Part shown: piece by piece, positions 34,681-48,374 of the stretch
Layout of the letters: every line of letters begins with the position of its first letter
Numbering within the stretch: position 1 is the stretch's first letter
From: Torpedo marmorata
Taxonomy: Eukaryota
Assembly: GCA_977017645.1 (NCBI GenBank)
Contig: OZ360221.1
Coordinates: 135,532,001-135,596,000, forward strand
Direction of reading: 5' to 3'
Length of the DNA stretch: 64,000 bases
Position numbers and translations under genes: made by a program
Notes under the pieces: generated by a model
Told to the model about the DNA's origin: nothing
Database searches by the model: none
What the model saw: the letters and a program-made list of their open reading frames with translations, nothing else

Positions 34681-34813
34681 ACTTGGAAAAATTATTGAGA
34701 CTTTTCAAGACAAAAAGTGACTTGTGCGTCAAGTGCGAATTAAAACTAAGACTGGTTTTCTAAACAGACCTATTAACAAGGTCTGTCTTTTGTTGGAGAC
34801 AGAGGAACTTTGA
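34681..34813 (+). pseudogene. C-terminal remnant of BEL/Pao integrase (DUF5641-like), split by L1; 5' part at ~28620-28684
   Basis: Joined across the TSD it reads DIVIIMDNSTSRNSWLLGKIIETFQDKK*LVRQVRIKTKTGFLNRPINKVCLLLE, matching the typical BEL end (PR..W.LGRI..D..G.VR.V.VKT..RP..K.CLL). Confidence 0.8.
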
Positions 34814-35018
34814 TAAATATAAACTGACTTTATTTGTTGTTGTATACTTCACAGGTTACAGACTTTTGTTGATTCAGAGTTATGGTAAACTCTGGGTTTA
34901 TGAAGAAGGAAGAAAGAAGATTTGTATATTGTTTGAATGTTATGGTTATTGTTATTTATAATTTATAGTGTAATTATTATTTAAGACATTGCGTCTAATT
35001 ATAATAATTAGGGGCCAG

Positions 35019-35626
35019 TGTAAGAGCCGTAGGCACAATAACTTACCTTGGTCGCGGTGCTTCGGTGCTTCGACGGGTTATGTAGGAGTCGCGATGTCTG
35101 TAAGCCGTCCTCAGCCTGTTCTGTGCTCTGCGCATGCGCTGGAGTGCCGACGGGTGCATGCGCAGTCTGGAATTGACGTCATTATGCGCGGTGTATTGTG
35201 GGAGATGTAGTGTGCGCGGTGGAGCGTGCGCAATGGAATAGGAGCAATGTGAGCATGCGCGAATCGGAAGGAATAGGATAAAGATGGTGACGTAGGAGGG
35301 TGAGTGAGATCGCCATATCTTTATTGACCGTTTCATAGCGTTTCATAGATAGTTTCATTGAACTTTTAAATTAGTTATTTTGTGGTTTAAAATCGTTTAT
35401 TTGAACATCTAAATACAGTCTAAGGAATCATTTAAAGGAATTCATCATACATCGTTTTCAAGAACTGTTTATATTAAAGTCATTGAAGATTACTGCAAGT
35501 CACGTGTGTAAATAAAGTTTTTGAACATATTGGACTTTGTTGGTAAATTAATTGAAACGCGTCAAAGACAAGTATCTCACTTAGCCTCCAGGTGACTAAA
35601 GGTTGGATAGAAGTCACCATATTATA
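35019..35626 (+). repeat. 3' LTR of the BEL/Pao element
   Basis: Preceded by AATTAGGGGCCAG (PPT) and followed by the GCCTT TSD. Confidence 0.93.
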
Positions 35627-36015
35627 GCCTTCCTATAATATAGTGACCAGAACTGCACACAATACTCCAAATTTGGCCAAACCAAGGTTTTATGCAGCCA
35701 CAACCTGACTTCCTGACTTTCATACACAATTCCCTGACCAATAATGGCAAGTATGCCGTATACGTTCTTTACCATCCTATCTATTTGGATTGCCACACTC
35801 AGGAAGCTTATGGACTTGCATCCTCAATAAGTATCCTGCCGTTTATGGTAGACTTTCATAATACATTTAACCCCCCCCCCCCCAAAGTGCATCACCTCAC
35901 ACTTGATCATATTGAACTCTATTTGACATTTCTATGCCCACATTTCTATAGAGTAGAGCCAGAGAAAAGAGTAATTTGTTGGTACATCTCCAGTACTCTT
36001 TGATGTACGTATCTC

Positions 36016-38268
36016 ACAGAAGGGCATCACATCACTTGCGAGACCAGGGGAACCAACACACTCGACCACTGCTACACCACCGTGAAGAACGCATACCGAG
36101 CCATACCACGACCGCACTTCGGCAAGTCTGATCACCTGGCTGTACTTCTACTCCCGGCGTACAAGCAGAGACTAAAGTCCACAGCAACAGTGGAGAGGAC
36201 AGCGAAAGTGTGGTCAAGGGAGGCGGAGGAGCGTCTGCAGGACTGCTTTGACTCGGTGGACTGGAACATATTCAAGCACTCAGCCATAGACATAAATGAA
36301 TATGCAACAGGTGTCACCGACTTCATCAAGACCTGCGTGGATGAGTGTGTGCCCACGCGCAAATACCGGGTGTTCCCCAACCAGAAGCCCTGGATGAATC
36401 AAAGAATTCGCAACTTGCTGAGGACGAGAACAAGGGCGTTTAAAGACGGGGACCGGGATCTTTACAAAAAGTCCAGGCACGACCTGCGGAAGGCCATCTC
36501 TGAAGGAAAGTGGCAATTCCGAAGGAAGCTAGAGACAGAGACAGATACACGCCAGCTATGGCAGGGAGTGCAGGCCATTACAGCCTACAAAACGAGGGCG
36601 AACACTATAGACGGCTGTGATGCTTCACTACCCGATGAGCTGAACACCTTCTATGCCCGCTTTGAGAAGAAGAACAAAACGGTGCCTAATAGAATCCCTG
36701 AGAGGGCAGAGGACCCTGTGATATCTGTCTCTGAGGGCGACGTCAGAACATCATTCAAGAGGGTGAACCCTCGCAAGGCGTCAGGCCCTGACGGCGTACC
36801 TGGCAGGGTATTGAAAATCTGCGCCAACCAACTAGCCGGAGTGTTCACGGACATTTTCAACCTCTCATTGCGGCAGTCAGAGGTTCCCACCTGCTTCAAA
36901 AGGGCATCAATCATCCCGGTGCCCAAGAAGAGTAGTGTGAGCTGCCTCAACGACTATCGCCCAGTAGCACTAACCTCTACGGTGATGAAATGCTTTGAGA
37001 GGCTGGTCATGGCCAGAATTAACACATACCTAAGCAAAGATCTGGACCCACTGCAATTCGCCTATCGTCACAATCGCTCCACAGCAGATGCAATATCGCT
37101 GGCTCTCCACTCAGCTCTGGATCACCTCGAAAACAGCAATTCATACATACGGCTGCTCTTCATAGACTACAGCTCGGCCTTCAATACCATTATTCCCTCA
37201 GTGCTGGTCAAGAAGCTACAAACTCTAGGCCTCTGTACCCCACTCTGCAACTGGATCCTTGACTTTCTCATCGGAAGACCACAGTCAGTACGAATTGGAA
37301 ACAACGTCTCCTCCTCACTGATTATCAACACAGGCGCACCCCAAGGATGCGTACTTAGTCCACTGCTCTACTCGTTATACACTCATGACTGTGTGGCCAG
37401 GCACAATTCCAATGCCATATACAAGTTTGCCGATGACACCACAGTTGTCGGCAGAATCACAAACGGCAATGAGGAAGCGTACAGGAGGGAGATAGATCAG
37501 CTCATTGAATGGTGTAATGACAACAACCTCGAGCTCAACGTCAGTAAAACCAAGGAGATGATTGTGGACTTCAGGAGGAAGTCAGGGGAACACAACCCAG
37601 TCCTCATCGAGGGCTCAGTCGTGGAGAGGGTCAAGAACTTCAAATTCCTGGGTGTCAACATCTCCGAGGATCTGTCCTGGAGCATCCACGTGGATGCAAT
37701 CACAAAGAAGGCTCGTCAGCGGCTATACTTTGTGAGGCGATTGCGGAGATTCGGTATGTCGCCAAAGACTCTCGTGAACTTCTACAGGTGTACCGTGGAG
37801 AGCATTCTAGCTGGTTGCATCACTGCCTGGTATGGTGGTGCCAACTCCCAGGACAAGAGCAAACTCCAGAAGGTTGTTACCTCGGCCTGTGACATCACGG
37901 GCACCAAACTTCACTCCATCGAGGACATCTACATGAGGCGATGTCTTAATAAAGCAGCCTCTATCCTCAAGGACCCCCACCACCCAGGCCATGCCCTCTT
38001 CACGCTGCTTCCATCGGGGAAAAGGTACAGGAGCCTAAAGACGAGCACTCAACGGCACAAGGTCAGCTTCTTCCCTGCTGCCATCAGATTCCTGAACAAT
38101 CAATGAACCAAAGACACTAGTGCACTATTGTTTATAATTTTTATATAGTAATGTCGTTAGAATGGTTAATATGAATGTTAATTGCACTATGATGCTGCCG
38201 CAAAGCACCGAATTTCATGACTTGTTCATGACAATAAATTCTGATTCTGATTCTGATTCTGATTCTGA
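36016..38268 (+). mobile_element. Young 5'-truncated Rex1/Babar-type LINE with uninterrupted RT ORF (36082-38106, 674 aa)
   Basis: [36 protein letters not shown] and DPHHPGH..LLPSGKRYRS. (ATTCTG)n tail. Confidence 0.92.
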
Positions 38269-38783
38269 TAACCACTGCTGCATTCTGATAATGAACTTTG
38301 TGGCAGGTTTGAGGTTTTGAACTTTGAACATTCTTTTCCTCAGGTGGCTAAAAGCTGTTTTAATCACTGGAGGCAGTGTGACCTTCATCATCAATGTCTG
38401 CTTTTGCTGAGAGATGGCTCCCGAGATATGGAATGTCATAAGGATATAAGTACCAGAAGCAAGAGTAGGCTACACAGCCCCTCACATCACAATATCATTC
38501 AGTAAGATCAAAACTGATCTCTTATCTCAGTGGCATTTTATGTACCAAAATCAGCCCTTGATATCCAAAAATCTACATTTGATGATGAAAGGATGAAGTA
38601 CCCGGCCGAGTATTAAAAATTTGTGCTGACCAACTTATCAATTTATTCATGGATAACTTCAACATCTCACTCCGGCAGGGCGTAGTACTCACCTGTTTCA
38701 AACAGGCGTCAATCGTACCGGTGCCCAAGAACAGTGTGGTAACCTACCTAAATGACTATCGACCTTAACAGTGATGAAGTATT

Positions 38784-41700
38784 ATAAAGCAAGAATAATT
38801 TCTGATCATTCGCCTTTATTAATGTCTTGTATAATTCCATAAAAAGAAAAACTATATATAGGTGGAGATTTAATTCCTCTTTATTAAAAAGAATGGATTT
38901 TTGTGATTATATAAGAAGAGAAATTCAAGAATTTTTACAGATTAATTCTAATTCGATTGATAATAAGTTTATTATTTGGGAAGCTTTAAAGGCTTATTTA
39001 AGAGGCCAAATAATAAGTTATTCAGCAAACGTTAAGAAGGAATATGTTTGGGAGGTGGATAATTTGGAGAGGGAGATTGAATTCTTGGAGAAGGACTTGC
39101 AAAAAAATAGATCAGAAGAAAAGAGGAAAAATTTAATTGGGAAAAAATTGCATTATAATATGTTACAAACATATAAAATGGAAAAATTAATTGAAAGAAC
39201 TAAGCAAAGATATTATGAATTGGGAGAAAGAGCACATAAAGTGTTGGCGTGGCAATTAAATAAAGATCAAACCTCTAGAACTATAAATGCTATAAAAAAG
39301 AATTCTAAGAAAATAACATATAAACCTCGAGATATAAATGATTCTTTTAAGGATTTTTTATTTGAACTTATATAAATCTCAGATTGATAAAGGTGATTCT
39401 AAAATTAATCAATTTTTATCTAAAATTAAGTTACCTAGATTAAATACTCAAAGTAAAGAATTTTTAGATTCGTCTATTTCAATGAGGGAAGTTAATGATG
39501 TTCTCAGTTCTTTAACGAGTGGTAAATCTCTAGGGGAGGATGGTTTCCCATCAGAATTTTATAAGGAGTTTAAAGATTTATTGATACCTCCGTATATGGA
39601 TGTGTTGAAACAAATAACGGAAACTCATTCGTTACCGGAAACATTTTCGAATGCAATAATTACAGTTATACCTAAAAAAGATAGAGATGTGTTGAAAACA
39701 GAATCATATAGACCAATTTCATTGTTAAATGTGGATTATAAGATAATGGCAAAAATTTTAGCAAATAGTGGCTAATTATTTACCAGATTTAATCCATGTA
39801 GATGAAGCTGGTTTTATTAAGAATAGATATTCAAAAGATAATATAGCTATATTAATTAGTTTAATTAATGTGGAAAAAAAAGATGACTTGGCATTAGTAT
39901 TAACATTAGATGCTGAAAAGGCTTTTGATAGATTAGAGTGGAATTATTTATTTAAAGTATTGGGGAAATTTGGTTTTGGAACTACATTTATTAATTGGAT
40001 TAAAACTATTTATAAAGAACCATCTGCTAAAGTGGTGACATATGGACAAATCTCTTCAAAATTTTCTTTGACTAGGTCAACTAGACAAGGATGTCCTTTG
40101 TCGCCAGCATTGTTTATTTTAGCAATAGAACCTTTGGCAGAACTAATTAGACAAGATATTAAGATTGCAGGTATTAAAGTTGGAAGAGAAGAGCATAAAA
40201 TCAGTTTATTTGCAGATGTATTGATTTATATGACAAAACCTATTACTTCTTTAACACAATTGACTGTTTTATTGAGAGAATATGGGGAAATATCTGGTTA
40301 TAAGATTAATTCTGATAAAAGTGAAATTGTGGCATTGACACAAGGGGATTATAGTAAATGTAAAGAAATTACACAATTTAAATGGTCAAAGGAAGGAATT
40401 AAATATTTGGGAATAAAGATTGATACAAAATTAGCTAATTTATATAAATTAAATTATTTACCATTATTTATGAAAATTAAAAAGGATTTAGAAAGTTGGA
40501 AGGACTTATCTATAACTTTAATAGGAAGGGTAAACTGTATTAAAATGAATGTCTTTCCAAGAATTCAATATCTTTTTCAATCAATTCCTTACAAAATCCC
40601 TTTGAAATTCTTCAAGGATTTAAATTTAATTATTAGGAAGTTTTTGTGGAAAGGAAAGTTGGCTAGAGTAGGTATGGAGAAGTTAACTTGGAAGTATGAA
40701 ATGGGTGGTTTGCAACTTCCTAATTTTCAAAATTATTATAAAGCAGCTCAATTAAAATTTGTTAATGAAATGTTTGATTTAGCTAAATCTTCTGCTTGGA
40801 TTGGAATAGAACTAAATAATATAGGAGAAGATTTGAAAGAAGTTATTTCTAAATGGAATTCTAAATTATTATTAATAAAAGGGAAGAATTCTCCTATTTT
40901 TAAACATTTGTTAGAAATATGGAATAGAGTGGATAGGGAGATAAGAGGGAATGGGTCGATTTCTCCAAAAATGTCTTTATATCAAAATAAACTTATTCCA
41001 TTTACTGTTGATAATCAATTATTTAAAATTTGGTTCCAAAAGGGAATTAAGAAAATAAATTATTTTTTTGAAGCTAGTAAATTTATTACTTTTCAAAGAA
41101 TGAAAGATAAGTTTAATGTATTGAACAATACACTTTTTGCTTATTATCAAATTAGAGCATTTTTAGTTGGGAAGTTAGGTTATAGTTTGACTTTACCAAG
41201 ACAGAGTGAATTGGCATTATTAGTTACTAATGGAGGTGTAAATAAATTTATTTCTCAAATGTATAGATTGTTTCAGAGAAAAATCCCTAAAGTAGGAATT
41301 CATAAATCAAGATTAAAATGGGAATCAGATTTGAATGTAACAATAGATGAAGAACATTGGAAAGAATTATGTAAACTAAGTATGACAAAAATTATTAATG
41401 TTAGATATAGATTAGTTCAATATAATTTTTTTCATCAATTATATTTAATGCCTAAAAAATTAAAGAAATTTAACGCGACATTATCAGGCTTATGTTTTAG
41501 ATGTAATAGAGAGGAAAGTTCTTTTGTACATTCTACATGGTTTTGTCCAAAGATATATGATTTTTGGTTGAAAGTTAAAACATTTTTAGATAAAGTATTG
41601 ATGATATTTTTGTTTGGAGATATTAAAAGAATTAGTATTAAGATGAAATTAAATATGTATCAAATAGAATTTTTGTGAATTGCTTTAGCTGTTTCTAAGA

Positions 41701-42258
41701 AATGCATTGCTATTACTTGGAAATCTGATGTAGATTTAGGGTTAGAAAGATAGCATGCAGAACTTCGTTTATGTATACCACTTGAAAAAATTACTTATAA
41801 TTTACGTAATAAATATCATTTCTTTTTGAAAATATGGAGCCCATATATAAAAACTGTTGGTTTAAGGATGTGAAGATCTCTGGATATCAGATCTGACTGG
41901 CGAACCTATCTTCCACAATAAAATCAGTTTATAGTTCTTCTTTTTAAGATTGANNNNNNNNNNNNNNNNNNNNNNNNNNNNNNNNNNNNNNNNNNNNNNN
42001 NNNNNNNNNNNNNNNNNNNNNNNNNNNNNNNNNNNNNNNNNNNNNNNNNNNNNNNNNNNNNNNNNNNNNNNNNNNNNNNNNNNNNNNNNNNNNNNNNNNN
42101 NNNNNNNNNNNNNNNNNNNNNNNNNNNGGGGTGGGAGGGTTAGGGAGGGGAGGGAGGGGGGTGAAAATTTATCACGTATTTTGATAATTTCATATTTTAT
42201 TTTATGTATTTTGTGATTTAAAAATTTTAAATAAAATATTTAAAAACAAAAAAACAAA
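38784..42258 (+). mobile_element. 5'-truncated L1-clade LINE, ORF2 with frameshifts and stops
   Basis: ORFs 38827-39375, 39338-39775 and 39768-41678 match ORF2. 17-bp TSD AACAGTGATGAAGTATT (38767-38783, 42259-42275). Confidence 0.92.
41954..42127. other. Assembly gap
   Basis: Run of N inside the L1 3' UTR. Confidence 1.
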
Positions 42259-44027
42259 AACAGTGATGAAGTATTTTGAAAGGCTGGTGTTGAAGCATAT
42301 CAGCTCCTGTCTAAGCAGCGACATGGATCCGTTCCAATCCGCCTATCATAGCAATAGGACTGTGGGGGCTGCCATCTTACTGGCTCTACACAAAGCCCTG
42401 GAGCACCTGGACAGCAAAGATGCATACATCAGGATGTTCTTTATCGACTATAGTTCAGCATTTAACATCATCATCCCCTCATAACTGATCAGCAAACTCC
42501 AAGACCTGGGAGTTAACACCCCACTGTGTAATTGGATCATGGATTTCCTCACCTCCAGACCACAATCAGTGAGGATTGGTAAGAACATCTCCTCCACAAT
42601 CTCCATCAGTACCGGAGCACCACATGGCTGCGTTCTTAGCCCCCTGTTCTAATTGTGTTACACCAACAACTGTGTGGCTCGGTACGACAACAACACAATC
42701 TACAAGTTCACTGACGATACCACGGTAATGGGTTGTATAAAAAGGGGTGATGAGTCAGCATACAGGATGGAGATTGAAAACTTGGCCGAATGGTGCAGCA
42801 ACAATAACCTTGCACTCAATGTCACCAAAACAAAGGAGCCGATTATTGACTTCAGGAAGGGAAAACCAGATGTGTGCGATCCAGTGATTATTGGGGGATC
42901 AGAGGTGGAGAGGGTGAGCAAATTTAAGTTCTTGGGAGTCACTATCTCGGAAGATCTTTCCTGGACCCATCACACTAATGGCATCATGAAGAAAGCACGT
43001 CAGCGCCTCTACTTCCTCAGGTGTTTGCGGAGGTTTGGTAAAACATCGGAAACCCTGGCAAATTACAACAGATGTGTGGTGGAAAGTGTGTTGAACGAAA
43101 ACCCACCTCTCAACTACCCTTCCCTAAGAACTAATACCAGAAATAGCTGTAAATTGGGATTGGAAAGTCATCAAGTCAAGTTTATTGTCATCTGATCTGG
43201 TATGGTCTGCATATGCATCATGGTCTGGTATGGGGACACCAATATCCCTGAGCGTAAAGCCCTACAAAAGGTAGTGAACAGATCCCAGGACATCACAGGC
43301 AAAACCCTCCCCACCATCGAGAACATCTACAGGGAATGCTGCCGTCGGAGAGCAGCAGCAATCATCAAGGATCCACACCACCCAGCACACACTACCAACA
43401 GGAAAGAGGTATAGGTGCCACAAGACTCGCACCACCAGGTCCAGGAACAGCTGCTACCCCTCCACCATCAGACTCCTCAACAATAAACTCAATCAAGGAC
43501 TCTTTTAATGATTCTTACTTTTGCACTTCATTGTTTGTTTTTTCCTCTCTATTGCACAGTCAGTTGTTTACATTTCTTTATTTGTTTACATGTGTACATT
43601 GTGTACAGTTTTTTTTGCACTACCAATAAGTGGTAATTCTGCCTTGCCCACAGGAAAAAGAATCTCAGGGATCTATATGATGTCGTGTACATACTCTGAC
43701 AATTAATCTGAAATCTGAAAGGTTTTGAACTGATACTTTAACAATTCTTCCCCCTCACGCCCCCCAATGCTGCTTCACCTGCGGAGTTCCTCCCACACAT
43801 TATTTCCATTTCACAAAACTATGTTGACTTTGCAGAATTATCTTGAATTTTTCTAGGTATCCTACCATATGGTTTTAAGAATAGCTTTGAGCATTTTCCT
43901 TATGACAAATGTTAAAATAGCTTGTAGCTTCCTGCTTTTTGCCTTTCTCTTCAAACCTTCCCGAAAACTACAAAATTTTGGACAATTAAAACAAACACAT
44001 CAACTATCTCATTCAGCACTTCTTGTG

Positions 44028-44262
44028 ATTAGCGTAACACTATTGCAGCACCAGCGACCTAGGTTAGAATCCGGCGCTGTTTGTAAGGAGTTTGTATGGT
44101 CTCCCCATGTCTGCGTGGGTTATCCCCAGGTGCTCCAGTTTGCTTCCACCCTCCAAAATGTACGGGGTTGTAGGTTAATTTAGGTGTAATTGGGCGGTAC
44201 GGTTGTATATGGCCGGAATTGGCTTCTGCTGTGCTATAAATAAAATTAAAAATTTAAAAATT
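44028..44262 (+). mobile_element. V-SINE
   Basis: GGAGTTTGTATGGTCTCCCCATGTCTGCGTGGGTT..GGTGCTCCAGTTT core and an A-rich tail. Confidence 0.7.
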
Positions 44263-44371
44263 CAGGACCCAGAAGCTTTCAGCCTATAGTTCCAACAATG
44301 TGCTCAATACTTTTGCCTTGCTGAATGGAGATTTCCTTGTATTTCCCTCTTTATTCCCTCCTTCCCTCCAT

Positions 44372-44925
44372 TATGTCAACCTTCTTTTGGAGATCTATCC
44401 AGAGCGTCCTGGCCGGCTGCATCACAGTGTGGTACGTTTGCTGCAGAGAAATGGATCGGAGGTCAATCCACAGGACCATAAGAGAGGCAGAGAGGATCAC
44501 TGGAGTCTCCCCCCCCATCGACGTGATCTACCGGGACCGTTGTCTGAAGAGGGTGCGCAAAATCATTGAGGACCCCTTCCACCCTGCACACAACATCTTT
44601 CAGCTGCTCCTGTCAGGGAAGAGATACGGGAGTATCAGAGCCAGCACCACCAGGCTGAAGAACAGCTTCTTCCCACAGGCAGTGAGAATGCTGAACAACC
44701 AAAGGAACTGCTCACACTAACCATCATAGACTCTCATATTCATGAAACAATATTTATTTATTTATTTGTATTGATGAAATACTTGTCCTGCATACATATT
44801 GTTTGTCTGTATGTGTGTTATGTCTGGTTGTATGTCTGCGTGCTTTGCACCAAGGACCGGAGAACACTGTTTCGTCGGGTTGTACAGTACTTGTACAATC
44901 AGGTGACAATAAACTTGACTTGACT
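44372..44925 (+). mobile_element. Rex1/Babar-type LINE 3' fragment
   Basis: ORF 44325-44720 (SVLAGCITVWY, DPFHPAH..SGKRY). (CTTGA)n tail. Confidence 0.8.
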
Positions 44926-45915
44926 TTCTAATCCCAATTTACAGCTATTTCTGGTATTAGTTCTTAGGGAAGGGTAGTTGAGAGGTGGGTTTTTGAAACA
45001 TACTAAACATAATAAAACAGGCTTTAATATTCTTATACCAAGAAGTAATATTCTTATACCATGTTTAATACATTTATATAGGATAACATGAATGTATGGA
45101 ATCACTAAATATATGAGTTCCAGTTATGTAAATGCATAAGTTGTATAAACTACAATTTAAAAGTATACTCTGCACTGCTGAAGCAGTGAATTCTGAAGTT
45201 GTTTGGCAAAGCTTGCTGGGATACTTGACCACAGAAAACATTTCAGGATACCAGGAAAAGGAGAGTCAGTAGCTTAATGATGACTGTTCAAACCGTACCA
45301 GACAGTCCAAGGACACTTGGATAAGAACATTTTGCAGAAGAATGTTAATTGCTTTTTTATCTCAAGAATTGGGAGATAAGGGGCTCTGCAGATGTCTGGT
45401 CTGTGTGGATCTACTGGCATCAATAAAGAGAACAAAGACCTCCTGTCCTGTCCTACATGCAAAGTGCTGAAAGCAATATTGGGCACCAGTGGGATGGGCT
45501 AAAGTGGTCACCTGTTCACTGGCATGGTCAATTATTCTCTCAATTGTGTTCAAAAATCAGTGTATTCTGGTGACTTACATCAGAAATTCTCCTTTGCATG
45601 CCCATTTCAATCCAATAAATACTTGTTATACTGTATCCATATCTCTCGACTCTGAGTGATGAATGAGCCACAACGCATTAAACGGTGAGGTTTAATGCAA
45701 AACATCTGTTGAATTCATTGGCTTTCTTGTTCTATATTATTAATTCCCCACACTCACTTTCTGTACGACCAATAATCATTTATTTTTTCTGTCTCTTCCA
45801 GGTTTTTATATATTTCAAGCTCTCTCAATTGCATACTCTAATTTTTCAGTCATTAGTCTTTTACTCGTTAATCTTTGCAGTTTTTTTTAATATTGTCCAA
45901 TATTTTCAAGTTCAA

Positions 45916-46165
45916 GGGTGGCACAGTTAGCGTATCCGTATCGGATAGCGCAATGCTATTACAGTGCCAGCGACCCGGATTCATATCCGGCGCTGTCTGT
46001 GAGGAGTTTTTATGTTCTCCCTGTGTTTGCGTGGGTTTTTCCCGCATGCTCTGGTTTCCTCTCACCCTTTAAAATAGATTGTAGGTTAATTGGTGTAATT
46101 GGACGGCATAGGCTCATGGGCTGGAAGGGCCTGTTACCATGCTGTACATCTAATTTAATTTACTT
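45916..46165 (+). mobile_element. V-SINE
   Basis: GGTGGCACAGTTAGCG head and GGAGTTTTTATGTTCTCCCTGTGTTTGCGTGGGTTTT core. Confidence 0.7.
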
Positions 46166-46169
46166 TTTT

Positions 46170-46915
46170 ATTATCATCTGATTGTACATATACAACCTGA
46201 TGAAATAGCATCTCTCCAGACCATGGTGCATGCACAAAAACTCACAATACACAGTACATAAAGATCACATAAATAATCAAAATAAATATTTGGGATGATT
46301 GTCACGGTTACAGGATACTGTTTATCAGTCTCATAGCCTGTGGGAAGAAGCTATTTCCCAGCCTGGCAGTCATGATTTTGATGCTCCTGTACCTTCTTTT
46401 TGATGGTAGTGGGTTGAAGATACTGTCGCTGGATGGAAGGTGTCTTCTATAATTCCTCGAGCCGCCTTTAGACAGCGCTCCCAGTAAATGTTGTCTATAG
46501 AGGAAAGGGATATCCCAGTGATCCTCTTGGCTGTTTTAATTATCCTCTGTATAGACTTCCAGTCTGATGCTGTGCCACAAGGCTCGTACCACCAGGTTCA
46601 GGAACAGTTGCTATCCTTCCACCTTCGGACTCCTAAACAACAAACTCAATCAGAGTCTCATTTAAGGACTCTTACTTTGCAAATTATTTATTACTGAATA
46701 TTTATTTTGTTCTTCTGTATTGCACAGTTTGTTTACATTTCTTTCTTTATTTATATTTCTCTCTTTTGTATAGATATCTTTTCTTGAGTACAGTTTTTCA
46801 ACTACCAATAAGTAGAAATTCTGCCTGACCCGCAGGAAAAGGAATCTCAGGTTGTATATTATGTCATGTATGCACTCTGACAATAAATCTGAACTTCGAA
46901 CTTTAACTTTGAACA
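46170..46915. mobile_element. Two Rex-type 3' fragments in opposite orientation
   Basis: Minus fragment ~46170-46572 and plus 3' end ~46573-46915, similar to 43415-43720 and 50240-50533. Confidence 0.6.
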
Positions 46916-47249
46916 CAATGATGCAGGACATTGTGCTGCTGTAAAAGGTTGTCAAGATGGGGGTCAGTAGCCTTGCGCAGCTCAGCCTCCTTTTGACCTG
47001 CCATCTGTCTTTATGCAATATGCTTTATTTTAAGTTTGTTGCTATCTAATTATTTTTTTGTTAACCAGGTCTGGCGTGCCCTCCCTTTTGATATTTTTTC
47101 TTTCCTAATGTATCTATTTTGTATGTGCTGAAAGATTCCCATAAAAGTCTACCATAGTATCTTGAATGATCATTGAATTTGATTTTAGTTAGCTCCATTT
47201 TCTTCTCTTCATAGCAATGCTTGTTTAAGTTTAAAATGCTTGTCATGTA

Positions 47250-48350
47250 CCCATTCTTCTCTCTCTTAAACTGAATGTAAAATGCAGTCATATGATGATT
47301 AATGCTATCTAGGGGTGCCTTCACACTAAGGTAATTAATTAATCCTATATCATTACACAGTACTAGTTCTAATGTAGCTTGCTCTCTTGATGTCTCTAGA
47401 GTATGCTGTTCTAAGAAATTATCCTGAAAATATTATGAATTCTTTATAAAGACAATGCATGCCAACTTGATTTTTCCAGTCTAAATGTAGATCAAAGTCC
47501 CCTATGATTATTTCTGACAGGCTCCTATTATTTCTAAGTCCTACCATGTGTTTACACATAAATGGCCTGCACACCACTCCCATGGATGACATTTTGCCTT
47601 TATTATTTCTTATTTCCACCTGTTTCCTGGATTTAGGTCATCCCTCTCCCGACTGTGCTAAACCATGATCAATCAACAGGACTGCTCTTTCTCTTTTTTG
47701 TTTATTTATATCTTTCATAAATCCAATCCCTTTTCAATATTTAGGACCCAAACCATATCATGTCACAGCCATGTCTCTATTGCTCTATATAATAATTATT
47801 TGTTTATATTGGAACTCTCAGTTATTTAGTTTTCTTTGAATTCTATGTGCATTCAGATACAGAGCTTTTGGCTTTGTCCTTTTATTATTTTTATAACCTC
47901 AACACTCAGACTTGAGGTTACAAAATATAATTTTAGATTTATATTCTCTGTCCCTTCCTATCACAGTCAATCATTATCCACATTCATAACTTTCTCTCCA
48001 GCTTCCTCTCTATTCTGTAATTCTCTTCATCTTTGGAATTTTGATCTTGCTCCCACTATTTAGTTTGAAACCTTCTCTACTTTCCTACTTAAGCGGTTCA
48101 CTAAAAATATAATTGGTCCCAGCGCAGTTCAGCTTTTAACTGCCTTAATGAAATAGCTCTCACTTTGTCCATTATGGATGCCAGTTCCCCCTGAACCAAA
48201 AGCCAGTTCTACCACAGCAATATTTAAACGAAGCATCCATTTCTCCAATCTTATTTGCTCCATATCAATTTTGATATGGCTCAGATAATGATCAAGAGAT
48301 TATTACATTTGAGGTTCTCCTTCTCCCTAATTTGGTGCCTAGTGCCTCCT
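47250..48350 (-). mobile_element. Old CR1-type LINE remnant (APE region)
   Basis: ORF 47419-47619 has MGVVCRP and IIIGDFDLHLDWKNQ, resembling CR1 endonuclease motifs GVVYRPP and GDFN. Confidence 0.5.
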
Positions 48351-48374
48351 ACCAACCACATAGACCTAAAAGAG

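Larger units (their letters stand above)
23687..35626 (+). mobile_element. BEL/Pao LTR retrotransposon, non-autonomous (no RT/RNase H/IN core), with a nested L1
   Basis: 608-bp LTRs at 23687-24294 and 35019-35626, 5-bp TSD GCCTT, purine tract before the 3' LTR, BEL-type gag-protease ORF and an integrase C-terminal remnant. Confidence 0.93.
38655..43720 (+). mobile_element. Degenerate Rex1/Babar-type LINE split by an L1 insertion
   Basis: PVPK..V.CLNDYRP sequence at 38690-38783 resumes at 42259 ([29 protein letters not shown]). (TCTGAAA)n tail. Confidence 0.8.
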
